From Camelus ferus (lineage: Eukaryota): 64,000 nt of DNA. The DNA lies in assembly GCF_009834535.1 (NCBI RefSeq), contig NC_045698.1:3040001-3104000 (forward strand). The letters run 5' to 3'. The number at the start of each line of letters is the position of its first letter. The stretch's first letter is position 1. The position numbers were made by a program, and so were the translations under genes. The notes under the pieces were generated by a model. That model ran no database searches. It had not been told where the DNA came from and saw only the letters and a list, made by a program, of their open reading frames with translations. Below, piece by piece: positions 52,752 through 64,000 of the stretch.

Positions 52752-53894
52752 AAGTAACTGGAAAGTGCCCAAGGACCATCATTAAATCTTAAAAGGTGAA
52801 GGGAGCCATATGGTCACCTCCGAGGGATTTTTGAGATCTTGGTGGCTCTCCATCTGCATCAGTAACAATTTAGTCATTACATCAAGGACATGGACGGGTT
52901 TGGAGTGGACTTGTGTGCGTGGAGGCTCCAGTCTGAGGTGGCACCATGCCACGCACACCATGCTCAGGTGGCCTCTCCTCTGAGCAGCCTTTGGACCTAG
53001 CTAAATTTGTCAGACATATTGTTACTGTAAGTTGGAAATTCAGTAATGCACTTTTTTTTTTAAAAACAGATTCTCTATTTACAAAAATGATACCATCTGC
53101 TTTGTAATACAGACATTAAGAAAGAGCTTGCTCCTTAAACACTTGGAACATTCCATTTCAAAATCATACCATGGTTGCAAAAGAACTTTTTCTCGGATGT
53201 TGAGGTGGAAAGATGTTCACAGTTTACCTGGATTTTATTACCACTGTAAACTCAATTTCCAAATAGCTAGTCTCTGGTTCAAGGGAATTGCACATCAGAA
53301 ATGGATAAAAGATACTTTCTGTTTATGTCCATTTCTTCCACGTGGTACATTAGTCAGACTTTGCTTTCCCAGTATCTCAAGGAGTCTTGGTCTCACAGTG
53401 CATATTTTCATGTTTATATGGAATGTGTATGTGATTAGGTATTTGAATTATCATTGAAAAACCCTCCTTCACATTCAGAAAACTTCTGGAAAATCAAAGG
53501 CAATTCCTTGGGCTAGAACTGAAGAGCATGCTTTAGTGGAATAAAGGTTAATCTGTATATCTTAGGTTTAGTTTGTTGGAACAGCAGCTATATGCCTTTC
53601 TTTCTGGTTACAAACTCTAGGAGTATGACTGATGGTTCTATCATACATCTATCTTTAAAATGCTCTAATTGCCTTCATGTGATACATGATTCTTTCTATG
53701 TTATATTGAAAACACAATAAAGAATGATGCAAATTCCAGATTTTATCTCCAAGACGGCTAAGCCAGGTCTGCGACAAAGCAAAGTTTGTGCAGTGGAAAG
53801 ACTGTGGAGATCCTGTTGGCACTGAGAGAAGACGCTCCAAGAAGGTCACAGATGTGGATGCATCAGTGAGGAGATAAGGGGAACTTACAGTACA

Positions 53895-54102
53895 GAAGGC
53901 GCACATTAGAAAAGAGGAAATTTTCCAAGTTAATAACTTTAACTTCCACCTTAAAAATGGAAAAAGAAGAGCAAAGTAAACTCAAAGAAGCAGAGGGGAG
54001 GAAATTATTAAGGCGAGAGTGGAAATAACATGAAATAGAATTAGAAAAGCAGTAGAGAAAAAATCAATGACACTTGAACTTGGTTCTTTGAAAGGATGAA
54101 CT
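53895..54102 (+). mobile_element. L1M ORF2 fragment
   Basis: cattagaaaagaggaa...aacttccaccttaa...aaaagaagagcaaagtaaactcaaag...aatcaatga...tggttctttgaaagga. Confidence 0.85.
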
Positions 54103-54499
54103 TTTACAGAGCTACCAGCCTTCTATGAGTTATTTTCCTCCAAGATATAACACTGTTGTCAATCATGCCCTTAGGCATGGATTTTACCCTCTTCCTTTGC
54201 AAATGAGTCAATCCCTTCAAGCAGAACTGTAGAGCTCATAGCCTTCATGGCCTGACTCTTCCACCAGCAGGACCTCTGCAACACCCACCAACTGGGGCCA
54301 TGGGCTAGAGCAGGCAGACAGCTAGATAGGAGCAGAGAAAGGGGCACATGGGTCAAATGCAGGAAACCACACATCTTGTGAAAAATGGGGGTCCTTGGGC
54401 ACACAAAGAAAAGCAGGAACCTCTGGATTGATATGAAATTACACATAGTATCCTGGAGGCAAAAAAGGTGGGAAAAGACAGAAATCTCTGGTGTCCAAA

Positions 54500-54910
54500 T
54501 GTAAACTTTTGCCCATCATGCTCTCATTACAATAAAATTAGCCTTGCAGCTAAGAAGTTCCCATTATGCACTGATGCCACGACACTTCCAATCCAGACCA
54601 AATGACAAAAATCCCTCCTCCCCTAGGGAAGGTGGAGCTCGGATGGAAACCCAGAAATACAACCCCAAACTCTTCCCTCCTGATGCCTATTCTGCCCACT
54701 CATTCTACACTCTGTAACCAGCTTGCCAAAGAAACTCAGCACAGGTGCTCACCTGAGCCGGCCCGCTCTCCCGAGCCGGCCCGCTCTCCCCTTGAGAACA
54801 TATTATCACTTGGTAAATCCTCACTTCACTTTCTTGACCTCCAAATCACCTCTCTGAATTCTTCCTGCAATGAGACAAGAACATGATCTCCAGGAACAGG
54901 TTCCCTTTTA
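54500..54910 (+). mobile_element. ERV1-class LTR (partial)
   Basis: LTR-like 3' half: ctcagcacaggtgctcacctgagccggcccgctctccccttgaga...ggtaaatcctcacttcac...ctctctgaattcttcctgcaatgagacaagaac. Confidence 0.6.
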
Positions 54911-55287
54911 CTGAAGTGACACCTGCTCTGTGAGGAGGGTCCTGGGTGGGGATGGAAGCCCCTGGTCTTTTCCATTGTTTCTCCTGATGTGGAACTTCCA
55001 CTCTATGGACATGCTGGGGCCAGGGCGACTGGAGCCCAGTGGCCTCAAACTCCACACCTGAGGTGGGCTTTCTGCTCTATGAATGGGAGTTAGTTGGAGG
55101 AAGAAGCCCCAAAACCCACATCCATGACTTTCTGGAGTAAAGTTTCCGCAGCACAGCTCTGGGAGAGATGAGATACTATAATGGCCTGCCCTTCTGGGGT
55201 GGGATTCTAGCACTCAACTGGTATTTAGGGGGAGAGGGAGCCCCACCTTCTTGAACACACTCTCCTGAAGAAAGGCTTCCATAGTGG

Positions 55288-55802
55288 TGCTACCAAGTCC
55301 AAACTCGTTCTGATCGCCTCACGACAGGCCAATAAATCAGGAGACAAGGTGTTGAGACAAGGAATAATGACTTTATTCAGAAAACCAGCAGACGGAGGAG
55401 GTGGGGGATTAGTGTCCTAGAGAACCATCTTCCCTAAGTCAGAATTCAGACTCCTTTTATATTAAAAAGAGGAGGGGGTGTGGTTGGTTGTTGCAAACTT
55501 CTTGAAGTCTGGAATCCTTTGTTCTTGCAGCTGTAGACGTAGGTCAGGTCATGATGTTCCTGTAAACCTCCAACGGGACAAATGTTATTCTCTGTTTTGC
55601 AACTTTTTATCTCTGTGTGAATGGAAAAGTGTTACACCCTTAAAGATCAGAGCCTTAAGAATGGGCTTTCCTGTATATTTCAGGCTATAGGCAACATTCT
55701 TTTACAAAAGGTGCAGAACCACCCTGACTCAGCACAGGAAACAGAGCACAGGGTGAAAGTCAAAGAAACAGATCTGACATAATTTTGTTCTTCCTTCTTA
55801 CA
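55288..55802 (-). mobile_element. ERV1-class solo LTR (ungulate MER41/LTR39-like), inserted in old L1 5' sequence
   Basis: TG...CA termini. Antisense poly-A signal (ctttattc, about 55371) and TATA (cttttatat, about 55454) are in LTR order. Well-preserved sequence resembling recalled ungulate LTRs. Confidence 0.85.
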
Positions 55803-57371
55803 GTATTTTTCCTGAAATAGAAGCTTATGGGCAGGAAGGAGGGGTCAGGGAGGGGGCTGTTGCTCACCCATCACAGATTCTGGCTGTTCTCATTGAGGCT
55901 GAGAAGATTTTTTTGAATGGATGGGTTTTCATTTGCTTTATGCTTTTAGGACACTTTCTAAAGATTTTAAATGATTTGTTTTTATAATTTCGCCTGGGTA
56001 GATGGCTGCTTGTTGCAGAGAAAGTTCACTGTGCTGCTAATTTCAACGTTTAGGGATCAGTCCTACTATTTCTTTTTAAAGCAATAATTAGTGGATGGGC
56101 CCTTTGACTGGGGATGCTTAAGGTCTCAGACACCTGTCTCCCAATTTATGCAAAATAACATGACTGCTTTCCTTTAGGAGCAAGAATATAGTAGATTGAA
56201 TCAAGAGATATATTTATGATCTATTTACTTCTCTGAGATTTTATGAGTCCTAGGGTAGGACTGAAGGGCTTGGCGAAATTAAGTTTATTAAATTACCTGA
56301 ATATGTCCAACTCTAATAAGTTTCCTGTTTTTCAATTTGATATTCAATGAAATATCAACATGTCTCTTTCCTGAGCCACTTACCCTGCAAAGTTAGGCAC
56401 TTCCTCCAGGAAGTTCTCTAGTTTGCATCAGGAATCTAGGCACCAACACTTGTTACTGAAGATTTTTATGCAGAGAGTTTTGTGTGGTAAATCAGGAAGG
56501 CTGTGCATTAGAGTAAGTGGAAGGGGAGATGACGTCTCTGAAATAAACATGTCTTGTGGAAATAGGATATCAAGACTTATTTATCCAAGATCAGCCCAAG
56601 GGGCAAGTGGCTGGCTGGAAGTGTGGCCGAGATGACTCAGGATGCAGCCCTCTGGTTACCAGTGGGTGTTGAGGAGGAGCCCTGAGCACACAGAGTATCA
56701 TACAAGTTCAGAGGCTTTCACTGCAGGCAGCACGGCCCCACAGAGCTGTGTCCATCGGCCCTGGCAGGACCAGTTCTTGCAGCAGCACGAAGGTGGTGAC
56801 GGGCTGAGCAAATGGGCCTCTAGTCACTTGAAATGTGTACAGAAATTCCTCCCACCCCTCCACTTTGATCTGGGAAAGCTGCAGTATTTTGGACAATTCA
56901 AATTGAAGGGCAGAGTTAGGTAATTCACAGTGAGAAGGGCACAAAGGGTCACTGACCAGCCAAAATGCAATCATAACCAAATAAGTGGCCATATAGGTAG
57001 TCCTAGTGTATGCTACAATTTATGTGGGTCATCCAAACAAGGATATTAAACATCCATTAATTTAATACACTTAGATGTGTCCACAAATACTAACTTAAAA
57101 ATACATAATTTTTTCCTTCTGATTATGGATAATTGCCTGGGGTTTTTCAGCACATAATAGCAAATGACAGAAAATTGCCAGGGTTGAATATATTCCTGTA
57201 GTTTTATGAACTTAATTTTGCCAACAACGCAAGTCCTAATAAGGGACTTATAAAATCTAAGGGAGGTAAATGGAATTTTAAAATATCCTTCGATTACTGA
57301 AAGCAATTCAATGAAAAATTAACAGGGAGATACAATAACTGTTGACCTCCATAGAGCAAAAACTAGCCATC

Positions 57372-58275
57372 CTTTTTTTAAGTTAAATGATTTTATCTTG
57401 TGATCATTGTAGAATTGCATGCATTTGTAAGGAGGAATGCAGAAAGATCCCATATTCCTTTTGCTAAGTTACCCAAATGCAGTATCTGGCAAAACTGCAG
57501 GACAATATCACAAGCAAGATACTGACTCTGATGTGATCAAGACACAGAGTATCTCCATCAACAAAAGGACTCCTCATGCTGCTCACTTCAACCCGATAAG
57601 CCTTCTCCTTAACCCTGAGCAAGTACCAACCTGATCTCTATATCTACAACCCCATCACTTCAAGAATGTTACAAAAATGGAATCATATAGTGTATAAACT
57701 TTTGAGATTAGGGCTTTTTTTATTACCCCACTGAACAACCCAGGGATTTAACCAAATGAGTTATTGAGTGTATCCACAGTCCATTCTTTTTTGCTGCATT
57801 CTGTATACCACAGTCTGGATACACCATGGCTTGTTTAACTATCCACCTGGTGAAGGAGCTTGGGGCTATTACGAATCAATCTGCCATTAACATTTTTGTA
57901 TAGGTTTTCGTGTGACCATATGTTTTTGTTTATCTGGGATGAATGCCCAAGAGTACAATCGTGAGTCATATGGTAATTTCACGTGTAGTTTTTTTTTTTC
58001 TTTTTTTAAAGATATTCTTTGTTTCCCAAAGTGGCTGTGGCATTTTGCATCCCCACAAGCAATGTATGAGTGATTAAATTTCTCCATATCCTCTTCTGTA
58101 TTTTCTGTTACCATTTTTTTAAAATGTTTCTTATTCTGAGAGTTATGCAGGGATGTCTTACTGGAATTGGATTTGGATTTTCCTAATGGTTAATGATGTT
58201 GAGCATCTTTTCATGTGCCTGTTTGCCACCTGGATATTCTCTTCTGTGAAATGTCTGTTTACTTTTCCTCCACTT
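57372..58275 (-). mobile_element. L1MD/MC-like ORF2 end + 3' UTR
   Basis: aatgatgttgagcatcttttcatgtgcc; tttcccaaagtggctgtggcattttgcatccccac; caagacacagagtatctccatcaacaaaaggactcctcatg. Confidence 0.88.
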
Positions 58276-58514
58276 TTCAGAATCTTCTTACATTTAATAA
58301 ATATTTATGAATATATATTTATATTTGTATATATATATATATAATTCAGAATTTTTATTGTACTTTATGGAGAGGATGGAGAAAATTACACCTACTCCAT
58401 CTTCCCAGGAGTGACAGACTATAGCCATCACTTTTTTATGCAATTAAACTCAATAACATATATTAAGCAAAAATTACAGGCTAGCATAATGAAAGAGTAA
58501 AATAATGAGAAGGG

Positions 58515-58880
58515 TTTATTTATTAAGCAAATATTGATTGAGGGCCTGCTTTGTGCCAGACATTGCCCTGCTGCTGGGGGTACAACAATAAACAGAACAG
58601 ATGCAACGCCCCCCTTGCCAGCACGCCTGGGCCGGTGGGAGACAGGGACAGCGGTCAGGAAATTAGATTACCAGGCCGTGTTAGGATAAGGCCTGAGTGA
58701 TATCAAGAGGCCCTTTTCTTCAAAGGATGCCTTTTATGGGTTTGAAAGAAGGCTTCTTGGAGGAGGAGTCATCAAAACTTAGGCCCAGAGGCTGAGCCGT
58801 GGTCACTGGAAAGGAGAGAATGTTGAGAGAGAAGAAAGATCGGTCCATCCTCGGAAAAGAGAGGGAGATAACTAGGAGTG
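58515..58880 (-). mobile_element. L2 3' end
   Basis: tattaagcaaatattgattgagggcctgctttgtgccagacattgcc...gggtacaacaataaacagaacaga. Confidence 0.8.
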
Positions 58881-59859
58881 TTCAACTTGCTCACTTGTGT
58901 AATTGTGATTTCAAAATCATAACCTCAAAAAGAGGAGCGAACACTCAAAAGAGAATTATCCAGACTAGTTCACATAGGAAAACATTTTATGATAAAGGAT
59001 CTTTTAGAAGGCAGCAATGTATAGAAGTAGAAAAACTATATTTCTTTCCAGTGGATTGATATTTAAATTATTTTATGAACTAAAATAGAGAAGTAACTTT
59101 ATAGATATTACAAAATAAAATTTATGTTCTGAATATTTCTTAACCAAGCCATATAGATTAAACATAAGCATTTTTACCTAATATTTTATTATAGGCACAA
59201 CTAATATATTTTGCATGCATTTATGAAAGATGAGATTTCTCTGGAAGAATATTATTCTCATTTCATGAGATTCAAAGTTTTGGATTTGCAAGCTGACTAA
59301 CCATTGATTGAATTCAACATGATCTAGCTGTCATTATATATCAAGTCTAATATAAAAATTGTGGAGGGGAGCTTTGGCCTATATTTTTTAAATTTTAAAC
59401 AAAAAAGAAAAGCTAAAAATATTCTTAATATTCTGAATACAATGACAGCCCTATGTTCCTTCAACACTTGCTTTAACAGAGCAGGGTATTTGTTTCAAAA
59501 AATACACTTAATATTCCAAGTTGTTGTCAGAAACAGCAGAAGTGTCAAAGATTTGGCAAAGACAGAGATAATAAAATTTGGGGTATTTTCATTGTTAATC
59601 TCTATCTGTTTTTTAAAATCTTAATCTCAGGTCTAAAACTGACCTGCAATCAATTAACTGTCAGTGTGTTAACAACACTCCAAGCTACAACATGAATTCA
59701 GCAAATGTCTCCTTCCATCATGTAAGTATCTCTGGCAGTAGCCATGTTTTCTGGGACTCCAGGAGGATCCAGTATTTCTGGGAAAATTTAATATAGTCCA
59801 TGTTATCTCAGGGCATCTTCAAAACTACCAGGTGACTGGAAAATGGGATGCCATGCAGG

Positions 59860-60235
59860 CAGATGTTAGTTTGATGGAAACAGAAACCAGCTCTGATCAG
59901 CTTGAAAAAAAAATCTATTATATTATATATAATGGAATCCAAGGAAGGTTGAATCCTCAGCATACAGGACAGGTGATAAACAAGCAATTCTAAGGATACT
60001 AGGACATTGCCTTTAATGTCTTGGGTTACAGCAACTTCCAGTCTCTTTTTGTTCTCAGTTGAAAAACAAAAATTCCTAAAGAGAGATTCTGATCAGATTG
60101 CTCACGCCTTAATCATGAAGTGGAAGTGCAGCACAGGGCTGCTCAGGGACATGGCGCTGGGAATGAAGTCTTTCAAATGCAGAGCAGTTCACAAACAAAC
60201 AGGTATTGCTGTGAGCTAGGAAGTCCACCAAGTAG
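59860..60235 (-). mobile_element. Old MaLR LTR (MLT1K/L-like)
   Basis: aacagaaaccagctctgatcagcttgaaaaaa; aaattcctaaagagagattctgatc. Confidence 0.5.
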
Positions 60236-60356
60236 AGCCCTCTTCCTCTTCCTACCGTAGAAATAGCCAAAGGTGAAAACCATCATTCTGTTTTGTACAG
60301 GTAGTCATGCCCCACTCTCCTCAGAAAAGGGAGAATTATTTTTACTGTGTGGACAC

Positions 60357-60730
60357 TGGTAGAGGTTGAATTGTGTCTCTCTGGAACTCGTATGTTGAAG
60401 TCTTAAACCCCAGGACTTATGAATGTGGCCATCTTTGGAGAAAGAATCTTTACAGGGATGATCAAGTTAAGATGAGGTCATTAGGGTGGCCCTAATCTGA
60501 TATGATTGGCATCCTTATGAAAAGGGGGAATTTGGACACAAGCACAAACATGCACAGAGGAAAGTTGACAAGAAGACACAGAGAGAAGATGGCCATCTGT
60601 AAGTCCAGGAAAGACTACCTGGCTCAGGTAGAGCCTGCCTTGCTGACACCTTGACTTCAGACCTGGCCTCCAGACCTGTGAGAGAATACGTTTCTGTTGC
60701 TTAAGCCCCCCACTCTAGAAAACTACTACA
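60357..60730 (+). mobile_element. MaLR solo LTR (MLT1B/C-like) with intact TSD
   Basis: TG...CA ends; gttgaattgtgtc...tatgttgaagtctta...caagttaagatgaggtcattagggtgg. Exact 5-bp TSD gacac at 60352-60356 and 60731-60735. Confidence 0.93.
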
Positions 60731-62499
60731 GACACCCATGGGCAGCAAGATCTCAGTTCACGACAAACTGCTGCTAAACACATTTGAGCCTCTCCTGCAG
60801 TGGGATGGAGAGAAGGCTTCTGAGATCACACCAAGGATGCTCCTGAATCTTCAGCTGAAAGTATTTCATTCAATTCAAGGCCATGCTTATTAGTTAAACA
60901 TTTATACAGCCATCACATTTTTCAAGTTATGCCATATTTGAGTGAAATGAATAGATTTGTAAACATTAACTGAGATCCTTGGATAAATAAGTCTGATTCC
61001 GAAAGGGGGATGTCTTATTTAGTGATAGATATTTGCTGTTACTCCTCAGGCAGAGTTCAAAGGACTTAGCTGGTGGTCATTTCATGTCTGCCTCCTTGAA
61101 CGCGCCACATATTTTATGATGTCTTCCGTGGGATTTGCCTTCCTGCCTCTGTAATGAAGTACTGTTGGCTTGATTTCTAGCAATATCTTTAAGTAGGTCA
61201 TTAAGAAAAACGTTCATAGGAAGCAGAGGTCAATTCCAGGCCTTTCCCTTCCAGTTAAATTAGAAAGAGAAACAGTTCTGAAATTTATCCACTGTGCTGT
61301 GACATTTTCTTTTAAGACATTCAGAACACTTTTCAAAATTGCAGTTACCAACACAAACATCATATATTATGTCCAGAGCATGCTTGACATCTTAAAATTA
61401 TACATTGTTTCCTTAATATCCTTATTTTATGTTTTGAAGTGAAGCAATATATTTAAAAGAACACCCTGAAGCTTTTTTTTTTTCTTTTTTTGTGTGATAA
61501 CCAGTGAGTTAAGCTGAAATTTCTGGGACTCACATCTGATTCACTCATCTGGGAAGGCTTTTAAGGTTCGGTTCAGGTTTTGTGACCTGAGGTGGTATGC
61601 CACTATGAAGTTATTCTTGAAATATTATGAACATTTTCTTATTATGCACATCTTATTATGATCATTTTCCTTAGAATTTTCCTTGCTTTTTAATGATGAA
61701 GCACACAACTTTCTAACCAACACTTATATCTAAGCACCCAGGCGGATGGTCAGGAAATCTTGATCACCATTGATGAATCAAACCATCTCATCCTCACATT
61801 TCCCCATCTGGCTTTGGAGAGGAAGATGATGGGGAGGAATTTGGAAATTGTGCAATAGTCATTCATCCAACTTTTTCTTTAGGAAACTTATATCCAGTTA
61901 ATAAAGGCCAAATGTTCACAGTTACAAAAAGAACGGGCTTTGGATGTTCTATGGAAATATAGATTAGGGACAAGTTTGCAGGTAAACCTAGAATTTGTGT
62001 CTCTAGTGACACTTAGAGCTTGCTTCTTTTCCACAGAAGTTGAACTCGTGTGGTAATCAGTGGTGCCAAGGGCTGTCTACAGGGTCACTTGTTTATAGGA
62101 GGTAGAAAGCAAAGAGCAGGGATTCCACAGGTGATGCAATCTGCAGGTATTCAAGAACAGAGAGCAGCAAAGAAGACGGTGAAGTAGGTACCAAAGATTG
62201 CAACAGGAGAAACCAGACTATGCTCTGAGATGGGTGTGGCACCAGTTATGTCAGTGAAGCTGTGAGAATGACAACGAATAACAGACATCACCGCCTTTAG
62301 AACAAGGAAGCTAGTCCAGGAAGGACGAACATGTGGATGACAAAGTAAAGGTTTAACTCTTTCTTAATGGTGAGACAACAAAAATGGATTATTTAGAATA
62401 GTCTTTTGAAAGTATATATAGTAAATTACATGGTTTGTGACATTTTCATGACATTTTCATAAGAATACTAAATAAGTTACTTATGTTTCTATTCATCTA

Positions 62500-62907
62500 T
62501 GTTGTAGTCACCTCGTAAAGGCTGGATAAACACCCTCCGCACAATATGTGGTCTGGATGACCAGACGGGTGAGTCGTACGTGCCAAGAGGGTATAGTGTG
62601 ATTACTCTCAGGATAAGGTTTTCTGGGGGAGGAGGGGCACTGCAGGCTCTGGAGCTGGTCCAGAAATGTCTCAAGAGAGTGAGTTGGGAGAACTGGTGTG
62701 ACTTTACTGTGGTTAGTGAATGGGGAGGATTCAGGGTTCCTGCTTGCGGGTTTGGCTTGCTTGTATGATTTGAACTACCCACTTATATAAAAAGAGGGAG
62801 CATCTGGGCCTTTGTATTGACTTGCCCAGAGTGAGGGAACAGGGGAAGAGGGAAGGGTGGCGGTGGCGAGCTGTCAGCGTCAAAGTGGAGTCAGATGCTA
62901 GCATACA
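62500..62907 (-). mobile_element. ERVL-class solo LTR (MER74/MER73-like)
   Basis: Ends caaagtggagtcagatgctagcataca, similar to recalled MER74-type termini. TG...CA bounds and a G-rich body in an AT-rich context. Confidence 0.55.
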
Positions 62908-64000
62908 CTATTCGTGGTGTTAAAGTGAATTGTAATTGACTTTCCATGAGTTTTCGAGAGTCTTGTCATATTTCTTGAGATAACTAATGATGTCCCATGG
63001 TTATTAAACCCCAGTTGGAAGTCCTCATTCCTGAACACCTCTAGAGTTTGGATTAGATGTTTCCAATGGCAACCAAAGACTTGAAAGTTAGTCTGTGCGA
63101 CGTCAGAACTTGTCCTGGGAATGCTCTTTGGGAAGCGGGAGTGAATGGGGGACATGTCTGTGCTTTAGAAAACCTTAAAGACTGAGGGGAAAACTGCATA
63201 AATAAAACTCAGTTAAAATAGATAGACTCTGAATACCTGGCCTTTGTTTTGTCAAAATAGTTACCATAAAACTAAATGGAGAAATATAATGAGGATATCC
63301 TAAAAGGAGATAACACTGTATTTCATTCTGATGGGAAGAGGTACTACTGAAGACACCAGCATTCTCATCTTTTGAGAAATAATGCCATGAGAGAAAATAA
63401 ACAAACAAAACGTTCACATGAGTAAAAATAGCAATACAAATACAGCACCAAAGACTTCGATTGCAAACAACACAAACCCATCCCAACAGCAAATTGAACT
63501 TCCAAAATGGCAATTATATTTCTTCATAAGAAAGCTCTCAGTGGAAGACAGATGACTCTTAAAGAAATTAACAAAACTCCTAGGTTGTCCTGAAATTCTA
63601 TCATGTATAGTAATATTCAGAGCAGCAATGTATACTTTTAAAGGCATAATCCATAAATGGTAGAAAGTGTAGATTAGAAAAAACAATATTCCAAGTGCTA
63701 ATTCGGCATGGTTCACTTTTTTAAATAAAGAAATAATATTTAATGACAAAACTGATATTTTAATTTTTTAAAACAAATAATGTATCGTAGACTCAAATAT
63801 AAAACCTGTAGCCATCAAAATATCCTCGTGACCACTCTTGAAAGATGTAATAAAAAAAGGTTTGAAGAGCCATGATGAAGACAGACAGTAATTGGATTTT
63901 AAGTTCAGTGTCCTAGTTGTACAGTAAGTGAAAATAATTAAATTAATCTTTAAGTATTTTTATTTAATTATTTAGCCACAAAAGTCTTTGAATAAATTTC

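Overview
This is mammalian (eutherian) nuclear DNA, not microbial. The youngest repeats are L1 3' ends of a cetartiodactyl type, and I saw no Alu, B1/B2, Bov-tA/BovB, PRE-1 or Can-SINE in 64 kb; this tentatively suggests a camelid (inference from recalled consensus sequences). I can support no protein-coding exon, tRNA/rRNA gene or CRISPR array. The ORF track is explained by repeat decay, GC-rich chance ORFs and noise. The window looks intergenic or deep-intronic. It holds truncated young and old L1, L2, MIR, MaLR/ERVL/ERV1 LTRs, a MER91-like DNA transposon and a fossil ERV-L provirus (gag, RT, RNase H and integrase motifs, 9.4-11.3 kb). A strong CpG island with no recognisable gene lies at about 44.9-45.7 kb, and several repeat-free stretches carry clustered TF motifs. 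The best second-look items are the orphan CpG island, a CpG-retaining motif-rich segment at 4.3-5.0 kb with three back-to-back stems, a TAATTA/phased-GATA cluster at 22-22.8 kb, and several mechanistically informative L1 insertions. I found no convincing new biological system. Repeat subfamily names come from memory and boundaries of old repeats are approximate.
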